Assembly: GCA_046075565.1 (NCBI GenBank)
Contig: JBJTQJ010000108.1
Location: 64,001 to 128,000, forward strand
Source of the DNA: Verrucomicrobiales bacterium
GTDB taxonomy: Bacteria > Verrucomicrobiota > Verrucomicrobiia > Verrucomicrobiales > SLCJ01
Direction of reading: 5' to 3'
DNA: 64,000 nt
Numbering within the stretch: the first letter of the stretch is position 1; each line of letters starts with the position of its first letter. Positions 41,224 to 51,024 of the stretch are shown here, in pieces. The position numbers and the translations under genes are program-made. The notes under the pieces are model-generated. The model did no database searches and was not told where the DNA came from. It worked only from the letters and a program-made list of their open reading frames with translations.

Positions 41224-43104
41224 ATGTCCACCGAAACAAAATCCGGCAGCGCGACCGCCATCCAACCGAAGGTGATCATCGGCTATGCGCTCTTCATCGT
41301 CTTCATCTTCTCCCTCGCAGGCTACTACCTGTTCGTCGACTACCGGGGACTAACCAACAAACACGGCATCGACCAGGCGCAAATCGCGCGAGAGTTTTCC
41401 CGTGGAAACGGGCTTACCACGAAATTTCTCCGGCCATTCGCGCTCTATCAGGCGAGGCAAGTTGCCGATGAGGCGGGCAGTCTCGTCAATCTGGGAAAGA
41501 TGGAGGGTGACAAATTCGTCGGGCAGTTCGAGGACACCTATCACGCGCCGCTCGGTCCGATGGTCAATGCCGCCACGATGGCCATTTTCGATTCGAAGCT
41601 GTCGCTCGAACCGGACTACCAAATCTATCCCGGCGACAGGGTGATTAGCGGGACTGCCATTGTCTTGCTGCTCTGTTCCATTCTCATTTTTTTCCTCCTC
41701 GCCTCGAGGATTTTCGACCGGAGAATTGGCATCGTGGTGGTCACACTGATGGTGCTGTGCGACATGTTGTGGAGGTTCACCCATACCGGACTTCCGACCA
41801 TTCTGTTGCTATTCCTGTTCGGCTTCGCCCTCTTTTTCCTCTACAAGGCGGTGGAGAACCAGGAGATGGGCCAAGGGCCCTTGGGCTGGGCGGCTCTGGC
41901 GGCGGCCTTCTTCGGCTTGATGGCGCTTTCGCACTGGATTGCTGTCTGGATCTTTTTCGGAGTGCTGGTGTTCGGAGCCTTGGCTTTCCGGCCCCGCGGC
42001 ATGGCGGCGGGTCTCATGGCGCTGGTTTTTCTCGCCGTTATCGCGCCGGGACTCATCCGCAATTTCATCATCACCGGCACTATCCACGGTGATGCCTTCT
42101 ATGCGCTCTACAACGGTCTCGGCGCCCTCGGGGAAAGCGGCACCATGCGGAACTTCAAACCCGACAAGGAAACCCTGGACCTCGAGGGCTTCGGCGGACG
42201 GATCGCCCTGACCTCGCTTGACCAGTTGAAGAACATCGTCGGCTACTTCGGCAGCATCTTGGCGGCACCCGTGTTTTTCATCAGCCTGCTCCATCCTTTC
42301 CGTCGCCCGGAGATTTCGGTCTTCCGCTGGGCGATTTTGGCCATGTGGATCTTCGCGGTCATTGGCATGGCGTTGTTCGGCCTGCCGGATGGTGAATTCG
42401 ATTCGAACCAGATCCACATCCTGTTCGCGCCCATCATGTCGGCCTACGGGCTTGCCATGGTGGCCATTCTCTGGAACCGCATGGGGGTCGGCGCGCCGAC
42501 CGAGATGGTGAAAAATTCCCCCTTCACCGCCATCGTCGCCATCAGCTCCATCGGTATGTTCGTTACCATCCCGAGGGCGCTCAAAAGCGGGGGCGTCTTC
42601 CAGGAAATTCCGTATTACCCCTATTATCCCAAAGGCATCAAGAAACTCAACGAATGGACAAGCGAGCGCGAGGTCATCGTATCCGACATGCCTTGGGCCA
42701 TCGCATGGTATGGGGACCGCACTTCGGCATGGATGACCAAGGACCTCAGCCAATTCGATGCCATGACTGAGTTTTTCGACCAGAACCGGATGCCGGTCGC
42801 TGGCATCTATTTCAGCCCGGTGTCCGTGGACCGCGAGCTTGGAAGCACCATTTTGCAGGGTGAAAACGCGGACTGGGCCTATTGGATTCTCCAGCCGGTA
42901 AGCCAGATAGTGCAGGCAAACAGTTCTACTGCCCGTCGGGAAAACAATTTCCGCTTCGGCGTTCTCAATTTCCTTGATCGTCAGATGTTTTTCTGGAGCA
43001 ACTACAACCGTGCCGAGCGCGGGCGCCCGCAGGAAACGGAGCGGAAACCGGAGGGCGGACAAGACCCCAAACAAGACTCGACTATCCTGCCCTCGGCCAA
43101 CTGA
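41224..43104 (+). CDS. GT-C fold membrane glycosyltransferase (ArnT/PMT, GT39-like)
   Basis: Many TM helices; loop after TM1 with DQAQIARE, DTYHAPLGP, RIFDRR, SDMPWAIAWYGDR. Confidence 0.7.
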   Translation: MSTETKSGSATAIQPKVIIGYALFIVFIFSLAGYYLFVDYRGLTNKHGIDQAQIAREFSRGNGLTTKFLRPFALYQARQVADEAGSLVNLGKMEGDKFVGQFEDTYHAPLGPMVNAATMAIFDSKLSLEPDYQIYPGDRVISGTAIVLLLCSILIFFLLASRIFDRRIGIVVVTLMVLCDMLWRFTHTGLPTILLLFLFGFALFFLYKAVENQEMGQGPLGWAALAAAFFGLMALSHWIAVWIFFGVLVFGALAFRPRGMAAGLMALVFLAVIAPGLIRNFIITGTIHGDAFYALYNGLGALGESGTMRNFKPDKETLDLEGFGGRIALTSLDQLKNIVGYFGSILAAPVFFISLLHPFRRPEISVFRWAILAMWIFAVIGMALFGLPDGEFDSNQIHILFAPIMSAYGLAMVAILWNRMGVGAPTEMVKNSPFTAIVAISSIGMFVTIPRALKSGGVFQEIPYYPYYPKGIKKLNEWTSEREVIVSDMPWAIAWYGDRTSAWMTKDLSQFDAMTEFFDQNRMPVAGIYFSPVSVDRELGSTILQGENADWAYWILQPVSQIVQANSSTARRENNFRFGVLNFLDRQMFFWSNYNRAERGRPQETERKPEGGQDPKQDSTILPSAN

Positions 43105-43183
43105 GCGGGAGACTTTTCCCTTGCCCAACTGGACACGGTGGCGGAGGGTTGACGGATCCTCGCCCCCGTGGCAGAACGTGACC

Positions 43184-43471
43184 GTGAAACGCTCCAATCC
43201 GAATTCCGAAGCCCCCTTTGAAGCCGCCTTGGCCGACCTCGAATCCATCGTGGCCAAGATGGAATCCTCCGACCTGCCCCTGGAAGAGATGATTTCAGGC
43301 TACGAAGACGGAATCCGGTTGCTTAGGATTTGCGAAGAACGCATCGCTGCCGCGCGCCAAAGAGTCGAAAAAATCGCCCGGGCGGGGGCGGATGGTGCGA
43401 AACTCGCTCCCTTTGAAGGTGAATCCGCCGGCGAATCCGCATCCAACACCCCGAACGACGAATTATTCTGA
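43184..43471 (+). CDS. xseB: Exodeoxyribonuclease VII small subunit
   Basis: FEAALADLESIVAKME...LPLEE...YEDG..L...C; directly upstream of dxs. Confidence 0.92.
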   Translation: MKRSNPNSEAPFEAALADLESIVAKMESSDLPLEEMISGYEDGIRLLRICEERIAAARQRVEKIARAGADGAKLAPFEGESAGESASNTPNDELF

Positions 43472-43483
43472 CCCCTCGACCTA

Positions 43484-45400
43484 ATGAGCCACTCCTCTGA
43501 TTGCCCACTGCTGGACACCATACAGGGACCTGCGGATGTAAAGAAGCTGAAAGCCGAAGAGCTCGACGCCCTTGCCGCGGAAATCCGCCACAAACTGGTC
43601 CACAGCATCTCGCGCACCGGAGGCCATCTCGGTCCGAATCTCGGAGTGGTGGAGCTTTCCATCGCCTTGCACCGGGTGTTCAACACACCGGCTGACAAGT
43701 TCGTCTTCGATGTCAGCCACCAGGGGTATGTCCACAAGATGCTCACCGGCCGCAACGAAAGCATCCACACCATCCGGCAATACGAGGGATTGAATGGCTT
43801 CCTCCTCCGCACCGAAAGCGAGCACGACATCTACGGTGCCGGACACGCCGGCACGGCCTTGTCGGCGGCTCTTGGCATGGCGGTCGCGCGCGACCTCTCT
43901 GGCGGCGATGAAAATGTCGTCTGCGTCGCGGGCGATGCCGCTTTCACCTGCGGCCCGACCTTCGAGGCCCTCAACAATATCGGTTCGACCAAACGCCTCA
44001 TCGTCGTGCTCAACGACAACGAATGGTCCATCGACAAGAACGTCGGGGCGATTGCGCGCTACCTCAATCACCTCGCCACCAACAAAGCCTATTCAGCCAT
44101 CCGCCACAAAGCCGCCGAATTCGTGGAGAAAGTCGCCGGTAAAATGGCACGCCGCATCGCCCACCGCATCGAGGAAGGCGCGAAGAATGTTCTCCTTCCC
44201 TCGGTGATTTTCGAGGAATTCGGGCTCCGTTATTTCGGCCCCATTGATGGCCACGACATCGCGACCCTCGTGCATTCATTCGAGTTCCTCAAAACCCTCA
44301 ACGAACCGGTTATCCTGCACATCATCACCGAGAAAGGCCGTGGTTACGAACCCGCTCTCGCCAACCCCGGGAAGTTCCACGGTCTCGGGCCCTACCAGAT
44401 CGAAACCGGAGAAACACCCACCACCGCACTCACCGCCTCGGATGTTTTCGCGCGCTCCGTGACCGACTTCGCCAAACAAGACAAGTCGATCGTCGCGATT
44501 ACCGCCGCCATGCCGGGCGGGACCAAACTGGAAATCTTCAAGAAGGAGATCCCGGAACGTTACTTTGATGTGGGTATCGCAGAAGAACACGCGGCGCTTT
44601 TCGCCTGCGGACTGGCCACCCGCGGCTTGAAACCGTTTCTCGCCATTTACAGCACCTTCATGCAACGTGCGTATGACATGATCATCCACGACATGGCCAT
44701 TCAGCAATTGCCAGTGCGTCTTTGTATGGACCGCGGCGGCCTCTCCGGCGACGACGGCCCCACCCACCACGGGCTATTCGATATTGGCTACCTCCGCCAT
44801 GTGCCCAATCTCGTGCACATGCAGCCGAGAAACGAAAACGAGCTGGCCGACATGCTCTGGACCATGGCCTGCCATGAAGAAGGGCCCATCGCCATCCGTT
44901 ATCCGCGCGGCCCCATCGCGGGAACCGCCGTGAAAGCGGAGCGCACTAAACTCGAAATCGGCAAAGCCGAAGTGCTGGTCGGCGATGGCAATGATGTCGC
45001 CCTCTTCGGGCTCGGAACCTTCTTCTCCATGGCCGAGGAAACACGCCAGGCTCTCGAACAGGCGGGAATCAGAGCCTCGCTCATCAACCCGCGTTTCATC
45101 AAACCGCTCGACACCGCCGTGCTCGAGAAATTCGCGCGCCAATGCAAGGTGATCGCCACGTTCGAAGACCATGTCCTGCACAACGGATTCGGCTGCTCCG
45201 TCATCGAACACCTCCACGAAGCCGGCATCCACACGCCCGTCATCCGCCTCGGCTGGCCGGACGAGTTCATCGAACACGGGACCGTGCCCATCTTGCGCGA
45301 AAAACACGGCCTGACCCCCGGCCATGCAGTCGCCCGCATCAAGGCCCAACTCGAAGCCCTCGGCCATCGCCCCTCCGGTGCCCACCTCATCGCTGGTTAG
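43484..45400 (+). CDS. dxs: 1-deoxy-D-xylulose-5-phosphate synthase
   Basis: GGHLGPNLGVVEL, DVSHQ, GDAA...LNDN, GPIDGHD, DVGIAEEH, DGPTHHG, IRYPRG. Confidence 0.97.
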   Translation: MSHSSDCPLLDTIQGPADVKKLKAEELDALAAEIRHKLVHSISRTGGHLGPNLGVVELSIALHRVFNTPADKFVFDVSHQGYVHKMLTGRNESIHTIRQYEGLNGFLLRTESEHDIYGAGHAGTALSAALGMAVARDLSGGDENVVCVAGDAAFTCGPTFEALNNIGSTKRLIVVLNDNEWSIDKNVGAIARYLNHLATNKAYSAIRHKAAEFVEKVAGKMARRIAHRIEEGAKNVLLPSVIFEEFGLRYFGPIDGHDIATLVHSFEFLKTLNEPVILHIITEKGRGYEPALANPGKFHGLGPYQIETGETPTTALTASDVFARSVTDFAKQDKSIVAITAAMPGGTKLEIFKKEIPERYFDVGIAEEHAALFACGLATRGLKPFLAIYSTFMQRAYDMIIHDMAIQQLPVRLCMDRGGLSGDDGPTHHGLFDIGYLRHVPNLVHMQPRNENELADMLWTMACHEEGPIAIRYPRGPIAGTAVKAERTKLEIGKAEVLVGDGNDVALFGLGTFFSMAEETRQALEQAGIRASLINPRFIKPLDTAVLEKFARQCKVIATFEDHVLHNGFGCSVIEHLHEAGIHTPVIRLGWPDEFIEHGTVPILREKHGLTPGHAVARIKAQLEALGHRPSGAHLIAG

Positions 45401-45458
45401 GCGTGAATCCGAGGGTCTTGTGTCTTGCTTCTTGCTGTCCTGTGTCCTCTGTTATTCC

Positions 45459-46124
45459 ATGATCACCGCCATTCTCGTAGCCGCCGGTTCTTCGTCCCGC
45501 ATGGGCTTTGACAAACTCACCGCCGACCTCGCGGGCAAACCGGTCTTTCGCCACGCCCTTGATGCCTTCCAGACGGCCGACAAGATTGATGCCATCATCC
45601 TGGTTACCTCCCCCTCCCTTCTCTGTTCCGCCCAAGCCCTTGTTGGGTCGAAGGAACTCGGCAAACTTGCCGCCGTCGTCGCGGGTGGAGCCGAACGCCA
45701 GGACTCGGTGCGTGCCGGAATCGCCGCCGCCCCGGCGGGCACCACCCATGTCGCGGTGCACGATGCCGCCCGCCCGCTCGTTTCTCCCGTCGCCATCGAC
45801 GAGACCGTCGCCGCCGCCGTGTTGCATGGGGCCGCCGCACTTGCTCGCCCGATTCCCGACACTGTCAAACGCGTGGACGAAAGCGGCTGGATCACCAGCG
45901 CCGTGGATCGCAGCGGCCTCTGGGCCATGGAAACCCCGCAGGCTGCCCGTCTCGATTGGCTGCAAGCCGCCCTTTCCGCCATCACTAGCAACGGCGGGCA
46001 TGTGACCGATGAAGTTTCGGCTCTCCATGAGGCAGGTCATCAGGTCCACGCGGTGCGTAGCCACGCCCCGAACATCAAAATCACTTGGCCGGAAGATATC
46101 GACACCGCTCTGCGGTGGCTGTGA
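45459..46124 (+). CDS. ispD: 2-C-methyl-D-erythritol 4-phosphate cytidylyltransferase
   Basis: AAGSSSRMG.DK, GGAERQDSV, VHDAARP, DTVK, ETPQ, TDE, NIKIT..ED. Confidence 0.95.
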   Translation: MITAILVAAGSSSRMGFDKLTADLAGKPVFRHALDAFQTADKIDAIILVTSPSLLCSAQALVGSKELGKLAAVVAGGAERQDSVRAGIAAAPAGTTHVAVHDAARPLVSPVAIDETVAAAVLHGAAALARPIPDTVKRVDESGWITSAVDRSGLWAMETPQAARLDWLQAALSAITSNGGHVTDEVSALHEAGHQVHAVRSHAPNIKITWPEDIDTALRWL

Positions 46125-46133
46125 GTGCCGGAA

Positions 46134-46952
46134 TCACTTCGGACGGTTCCTTTGTCCCCTCCCCCGCCAGGTGGCCGGGTCGAGGCTGGGAGTGCCGAGC
46201 AGGTCACTGGCCCCGCTCATGTCGGCATCGGAGATTTTTTGCAGAAAACCCTTCTGCTCTTCGGTGAATCCTGACGTGACCTCCGAGAGGGCGCGTTCGT
46301 TGAGGGCCTCCCGTTCCGGCGAATCGACAGGAAGGTTATTGTATTGGGTCTTGTATCGCTCCACCACACCGGCAACACGGGTCCGCTCGTTGTCCTCAAG
46401 TCCGAGCGATTCCGCGAGAATTGAGGCGCGGAATTCGGAGAACTCCTTCGGTTTGTCGTCGAGTTTCTGCATCTCCTGGAGAATCGGCCCCATGGAAACG
46501 AACTTGAGGAACATGTCGCGGGACTTGGCCGCCCGTTCCGGGTCATCCTGCGCCATGTCACGGAGCAGGATGGCATCGCGCATGGCCGAACCCATGAATT
46601 TTCCGGCATCGCGGGTGCTGCCATAAGAAAAGGTCCACTCCTTGTTGAGTTCCTCCACTTCCTTCTTCATCTTCGCCATATCCTCGGAGAGTTTGTCGCG
46701 CTCGGTTCGCAGTGCGGCGGTCTCCCCATCCTTGGTCGCCAGTTTGTTTTGCAATTCATCAAGTCTGGCCTGCAACCCCTTGGCGCGTTCCTCGGCGTCC
46801 GCCAACGCCCGGCGGAGGGCATCATCATTTCCGGTTAGCCAGGCAATAGGCCCGGCGCCATCTCCACCGCGTCCGCCCATGCGATTCCCCAGGAAAAACC
46901 CGCCGACCAAGGCGAGCACGAGAAAAAGAATTGCCAGTGGCTTTGATTTCAT
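46134..46952 (-). CDS. Membrane-anchored coiled-coil hypothetical protein
   Basis: MKSKPLAILFLVLALVGGFFLG anchor followed by a heptad-rich region. Confidence 0.75.
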   Translation of the reverse strand: MKSKPLAILFLVLALVGGFFLGNRMGGRGGDGAGPIAWLTGNDDALRRALADAEERAKGLQARLDELQNKLATKDGETAALRTERDKLSEDMAKMKKEVEELNKEWTFSYGSTRDAGKFMGSAMRDAILLRDMAQDDPERAAKSRDMFLKFVSMGPILQEMQKLDDKPKEFSEFRASILAESLGLEDNERTRVAGVVERYKTQYNNLPVDSPEREALNERALSEVTSGFTEEQKGFLQKISDADMSGASDLLGTPSLDPATWRGRGQRNRPK

Positions 46953-47066
46953 GACTTTACCAAGCTTGAACGATTCCTCTACCTCCGACAAGCAAGAAAC
47001 TCTGTCTCGGGAGGAAGATTCGAACTTTTCTGGATCCGGAAGGGTGGGCAGCAGCGTTCCTGTGCT

Positions 47067-47585
47067 ATGGAGAGACGCAAAATAATCCTCGTCATTACCG
47101 CCATGGGACTTCTCACATTTTTGGGCATTAGCAGCACTGGCGCCGAAATCGAGCTCGGAGCCCCGGCGCCCGCGGTCACGGCATCCGACCATGATGGAAA
47201 AGATGTCGATATCGCCGCCGAATCCGCCACCGGTTACACCTTTGTTTTCTTTTATCCCAAAGCCAACACACCCGGCTGCACCAAGCAAGCCTGCTCCCTG
47301 CGCGATGCCTACACCAGCCTCACGACCAAAGGCATCAAGGTCATCGGCGTTTCGCGCGATACCGTGGTCAATCAGAAATCCTTCGCCACGGAACAAAAGC
47401 TGCCCTACCGCCTGCTGGCCGACCCGGACGGCAAAGTGACCGAAGCTTTCGGCGTGCCCACCCTGGCCAACCTGGCCAAACGACAGGCATACCTTTTCAA
47501 AGATGGCAGACTGGTCTGGCGCGACCTAGCGGCATCCACCGACCAACAAGCCGCCGAGGTGTTGGAAGCCGTTGGCAAAATGTGA
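47067..47585 (+). CDS. bcp: Peroxiredoxin, BCP/PrxQ family, with a signal peptide
   Basis: FYPKANTPGCTKQAC, GVS.D, LLAD, R; hydrophobic N-terminal leader. Confidence 0.9.
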   Translation: MERRKIILVITAMGLLTFLGISSTGAEIELGAPAPAVTASDHDGKDVDIAAESATGYTFVFFYPKANTPGCTKQACSLRDAYTSLTTKGIKVIGVSRDTVVNQKSFATEQKLPYRLLADPDGKVTEAFGVPTLANLAKRQAYLFKDGRLVWRDLAASTDQQAAEVLEAVGKM

Positions 47586-47633
47586 CATCCGATTTCCCGG
47601 GCAAAACCACGGGAAACATGCGAGACTCCCGCG

Positions 47634-48413
47634 ATGATGGAATCCGCCGAGAATGCCCTGAACCAACTCGAAACACGTTCGTATTTCGCACGTGGTCGCA
47701 ATGCCCTCGTGACCCGGGCCGACTTCGGCCCGCTCTATGAAGACTATTACCTGCACTGGCTGCAACATGGCATCCGTTTTCCCACCGAGGCCGATGATGT
47801 GCTCAAGGACGCGCTCGCCGCACTCGTGCTTCATCTCGCTTCCCGTCCGCAGGATGAGACAGTGGCATGGACCGTCAACTTTCCCTCGCCGGTGCTCGGG
47901 CTCTTTGTCACAGGTTCAACAAGACCCGGCAACGTGGTCGGGCGCGTTTGGAGCGAGGGCGTGCGCGCGACCGGTTGCGGTCTCTTCTGTTCGGAAACCC
48001 GCGCCGGGAATGGACAGGTGCGGCGCAGCAATGTGGAATTCCAGGACGGGGATTTCTTCCATGCCGTGGAAATGTATTATGCCCAGAGCGAACAACGCCC
48101 GGCACGATTGTTCCGACATGGCCCGGAAGATTTCGTGATGGTTTCCGCTCAACCGGAATGTGATCTCGAATGGATCGCCTCTCTGGACGACGATGCCATC
48201 CGCGACCTTGATAAAAACGAGACCCTGTCCCTGCTCGAAACGCGCGCCTACCATTTTGACTGCGGTTGCACCGCCGAGAGAATCACCGGTCGCCTTGCCG
48301 CCCTCGGCCGCGCGGGCATCGACGACCTTTTCGCCGGCGACGAAAACATCCGCGTTGACTGTCCACGTTGCGGCGCGGTCTTCGATGTGACGAGGCAGAT
48401 GTTCGAAACCTGA
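47634..48413 (+). CDS. hslO: Hsp33-like redox-regulated chaperone
   Basis: YYAQSEQ, C-terminal CGC...CPRC zinc motif. Confidence 0.78.
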   Translation: MMESAENALNQLETRSYFARGRNALVTRADFGPLYEDYYLHWLQHGIRFPTEADDVLKDALAALVLHLASRPQDETVAWTVNFPSPVLGLFVTGSTRPGNVVGRVWSEGVRATGCGLFCSETRAGNGQVRRSNVEFQDGDFFHAVEMYYAQSEQRPARLFRHGPEDFVMVSAQPECDLEWIASLDDDAIRDLDKNETLSLLETRAYHFDCGCTAERITGRLAALGRAGIDDLFAGDENIRVDCPRCGAVFDVTRQMFET

Positions 48414-48450
48414 GGAGCCCGAAGTCGGCCGCCCGCCCCCGGACAATGAA

Positions 48451-49953
48451 ATGATGGTCGGCGCTCCGACGTATAGGCGGCTCATGGTAGGGTTCCATTT
48501 ACGACTGATCCATCTTTATCTCCTGCTGACCTTGACCCTACCGGTCGCGGTTGCCGCCGATGTCTCGGAACTCTGGGGAAAGGACGGCGAGAATTGGGAT
48601 CCGGCGGGACGTCTGCCGGGAGTCTCGTTCGCCGGCTATGCTTGCGGCGAAGAACTGATCCCTTCGCCACCGGTTGCCGTGGACGTGCGCGCTTTCGGTG
48701 CCAAGGGTGATGGCACAACCGACGACTCGGCCGCTTTCCTCGAGGCTATCGCGAAAACACAGCAGGGCGTGATTTTTGTTCCACCGGGCAGATACAAGAT
48801 TACCCGCATCCTCGAAATCACCCGTTCGGGCGTCGTTCTGCGCGGGGCCGGAACAGCGAAGACCGCACTGTATTGTCCGGTGCCATTGCATCACATCAAG
48901 CCTGATATGGGTGAGACCACGGAAGGACGGCCCACCTCGAACTATTCCTGGTCGGGTGGCATGGTCTGGTTCAAGGGAAACGACAATGGCAAGAGAGTCG
49001 GCAGGGTGGCCGCCCCCGCGAAGCGCGGTGATTCGGTCCTGCGATTGGACCGTGCACCGGAGAAACTCCAACCCGGGGAGTGGGTCGAACTGCGCCAAAC
49101 GGATGACGAAAAGAAATCGCTCCTCCATCACGTCTATTCGGAGGATCCCGGCGACATCTCAAGAATCCCCGCCTCGCGACATAGAAATTCATTCGTCGCG
49201 CGGGTGAAGTCCACCGAAGGAAGCTCGGTCACCCTCGACCGCCCGCTGCGCATTGATGTCCGGCCCGAATGGCAACCCGTTCTCTCGACATGGGAACCGG
49301 ACGTTCAACAAAGCGGGGTCGAGTCCATGCGATTCGAATTTCCGGCACGCGCGTATGACGGACATTTCACCGAGCTCGGGTTCAACGCCGTCGCGCTCCA
49401 GGGTGTGGCCCACTGCTGGGCGCGGGATCTCGAGTTGGTGAATGCCGACAGTGGTATCTTCGTCAGCGGACGGTTCTGCACCATTGAAGGAATCGTTTGC
49501 CGCCTCGTCGGAGCCACCGAAATGAGTAATGATTTCGGTCATCACGGAATCTCGATGACCGGCAGCGACAATCTGCTCAGCCGCTTCGACTTGCAGCAAA
49601 GGTTCATCCACGATATCACCGTTGCCGGCGGCTCGGGCAATGTCGCCCGCGCCGGGCGAGGATGGGATCTTGCCATCGATCACCACAGGAGAGCCCCGCA
49701 CGACAATGTCTTCACCAATCTCGACGCCGGTGAAGGCTCCCGCCTATGGCGCTCCGGCGGAGGAAGGGCCCTTGGTCGGCATTGCGGTGCCCGCGGCACC
49801 TTTTGGAACATTCGTTCAAAACGCGAAATTCCCTCTCCCAAGGACTTCGGACCGGACGACCTCAATCTCGTCGGGTTTGTTACAGGCTCCAATTCCGGCG
49901 TGCATCCGCCTGACCTCTACCGGGCCCAATTGGAGAAGCGACTCCGCAAGTAA
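48451..49953 (+). CDS. Secreted pectin-lyase-fold beta-helix protein (Pectate_lyase_3 / GH28-related N-terminus)
   Basis: SFAGY, VRAFGAKGDGTTDDSAAF, VPPGRY, VLRGAG. Start uncertain (48451 or 48484). Confidence 0.8.
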   Translation: MMVGAPTYRRLMVGFHLRLIHLYLLLTLTLPVAVAADVSELWGKDGENWDPAGRLPGVSFAGYACGEELIPSPPVAVDVRAFGAKGDGTTDDSAAFLEAIAKTQQGVIFVPPGRYKITRILEITRSGVVLRGAGTAKTALYCPVPLHHIKPDMGETTEGRPTSNYSWSGGMVWFKGNDNGKRVGRVAAPAKRGDSVLRLDRAPEKLQPGEWVELRQTDDEKKSLLHHVYSEDPGDISRIPASRHRNSFVARVKSTEGSSVTLDRPLRIDVRPEWQPVLSTWEPDVQQSGVESMRFEFPARAYDGHFTELGFNAVALQGVAHCWARDLELVNADSGIFVSGRFCTIEGIVCRLVGATEMSNDFGHHGISMTGSDNLLSRFDLQQRFIHDITVAGGSGNVARAGRGWDLAIDHHRRAPHDNVFTNLDAGEGSRLWRSGGGRALGRHCGARGTFWNIRSKREIPSPKDFGPDDLNLVGFVTGSNSGVHPPDLYRAQLEKRLRK

Positions 49954-49968
49954 CCCTCCACCGAACAC

Positions 49969-50865
49969 TCACGCCCGCGGGTGAAAATTCCGGTGCAGTT
50001 GCCGGAGATGAGCCGCATCGACGTGGGTGTAAATCTGTGTGGTCGAGATGTCGGCGTGCCCTAACATCTCCTGAATCACCCGCAGATCGGCTCCCCTCCC
50101 CAAAAGATGGGTGGCGAAGGAATGGCGGAAAAGGTGCGGATACAGGTTCCAATCCAGACCGGCGGCGCGGGAGCGTTCGATGAGGATTTGCCGGACGCGT
50201 TCCGTGGTCAGCCGGGTGCCGCGCCGGGAAAGAAAGACCGTGGAGGGGCTTTTGTTGTTCGCGAAGACGGTCCGCCCGTCGAGCAGCCAATTTTCAATGG
50301 CCGTGCGGGCGGCCCCGCCGACGGGAACCACGCGAGTTTTGTTTCCCTTGCCGGTCACGCGAACGAAGGCCTCCTCCAGATGCAGGTGTTCCAGCCTGGC
50401 ATTGACGAGTTCGGATACCCGCAGCCCCGAGCTGTAGAGCAGTTCGGCAATGGCGCGATCACGGCGGTCCATGGGCGTAGAAACCGGGATCGATTCGAGA
50501 AAATGCCGGACCTGCCCTTCCCCGAGCGTTTCCGGAAGCGTTTTGTCTGGTCGGGCCGGGATGAGTTGGGCCGCCGGATCGGCGGAAATTTGCCCTAGGG
50601 CGGCCAGCCGACGGTAGAAAATCCGGAGGGCGATCGCGACCAAACGCAAAGAGGACGCCGCCAGCCCGCCGTCCTTGCGCGCCCCTAGGTAGGCCCCGAG
50701 GTCGTCCAGATCGGCCGACGTGGGAGAGTCCCAGCCTTTTTCCCGGTGGCACCAGGTCGCAAAATCCTCCAATTGCCGCTGGATCAGGGTCTGGTAATTG
50801 ACCGATAGCCCCCGCTCGGTGGCGAGATGGAGCAGGAATCCGTCGATGGCCTCTTCGAAGGTCAT
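49969..50865 (-). CDS. xerD: Chromosomal tyrosine recombinase, XerC/XerD family
   Basis: [51 protein letters not shown]. Start MTFEE at 50865. XerD versus XerC is not certain. Confidence 0.85.
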   Translation of the reverse strand: MTFEEAIDGFLLHLATERGLSVNYQTLIQRQLEDFATWCHREKGWDSPTSADLDDLGAYLGARKDGGLAASSLRLVAIALRIFYRRLAALGQISADPAAQLIPARPDKTLPETLGEGQVRHFLESIPVSTPMDRRDRAIAELLYSSGLRVSELVNARLEHLHLEEAFVRVTGKGNKTRVVPVGGAARTAIENWLLDGRTVFANNKSPSTVFLSRRGTRLTTERVRQILIERSRAAGLDWNLYPHLFRHSFATHLLGRGADLRVIQEMLGHADISTTQIYTHVDAAHLRQLHRNFHPRA

Positions 50866-51024
50866 GGCCGAGCATCGCACACTCCTGACCAGCCCGCCAG
50901 TTTGGCAGTGTCCGGAATCGGGTATTTCGGTCTGTCCGGGGGTTGCAAAGCGGGGTGTCTTGCCCTTTGGTGCGGCGGTTCGGGAAATGGCCTTGATTGC
51001 CCCCGGCCGAACCCGCGATTTCCC

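Noticed and set aside
49969-50865. Tyrosine recombinase as a prophage or island integrase
   Set aside because: It has the size and motifs of XerC/XerD, sits among housekeeping genes, and has no tRNA, att repeat or phage genes nearby.
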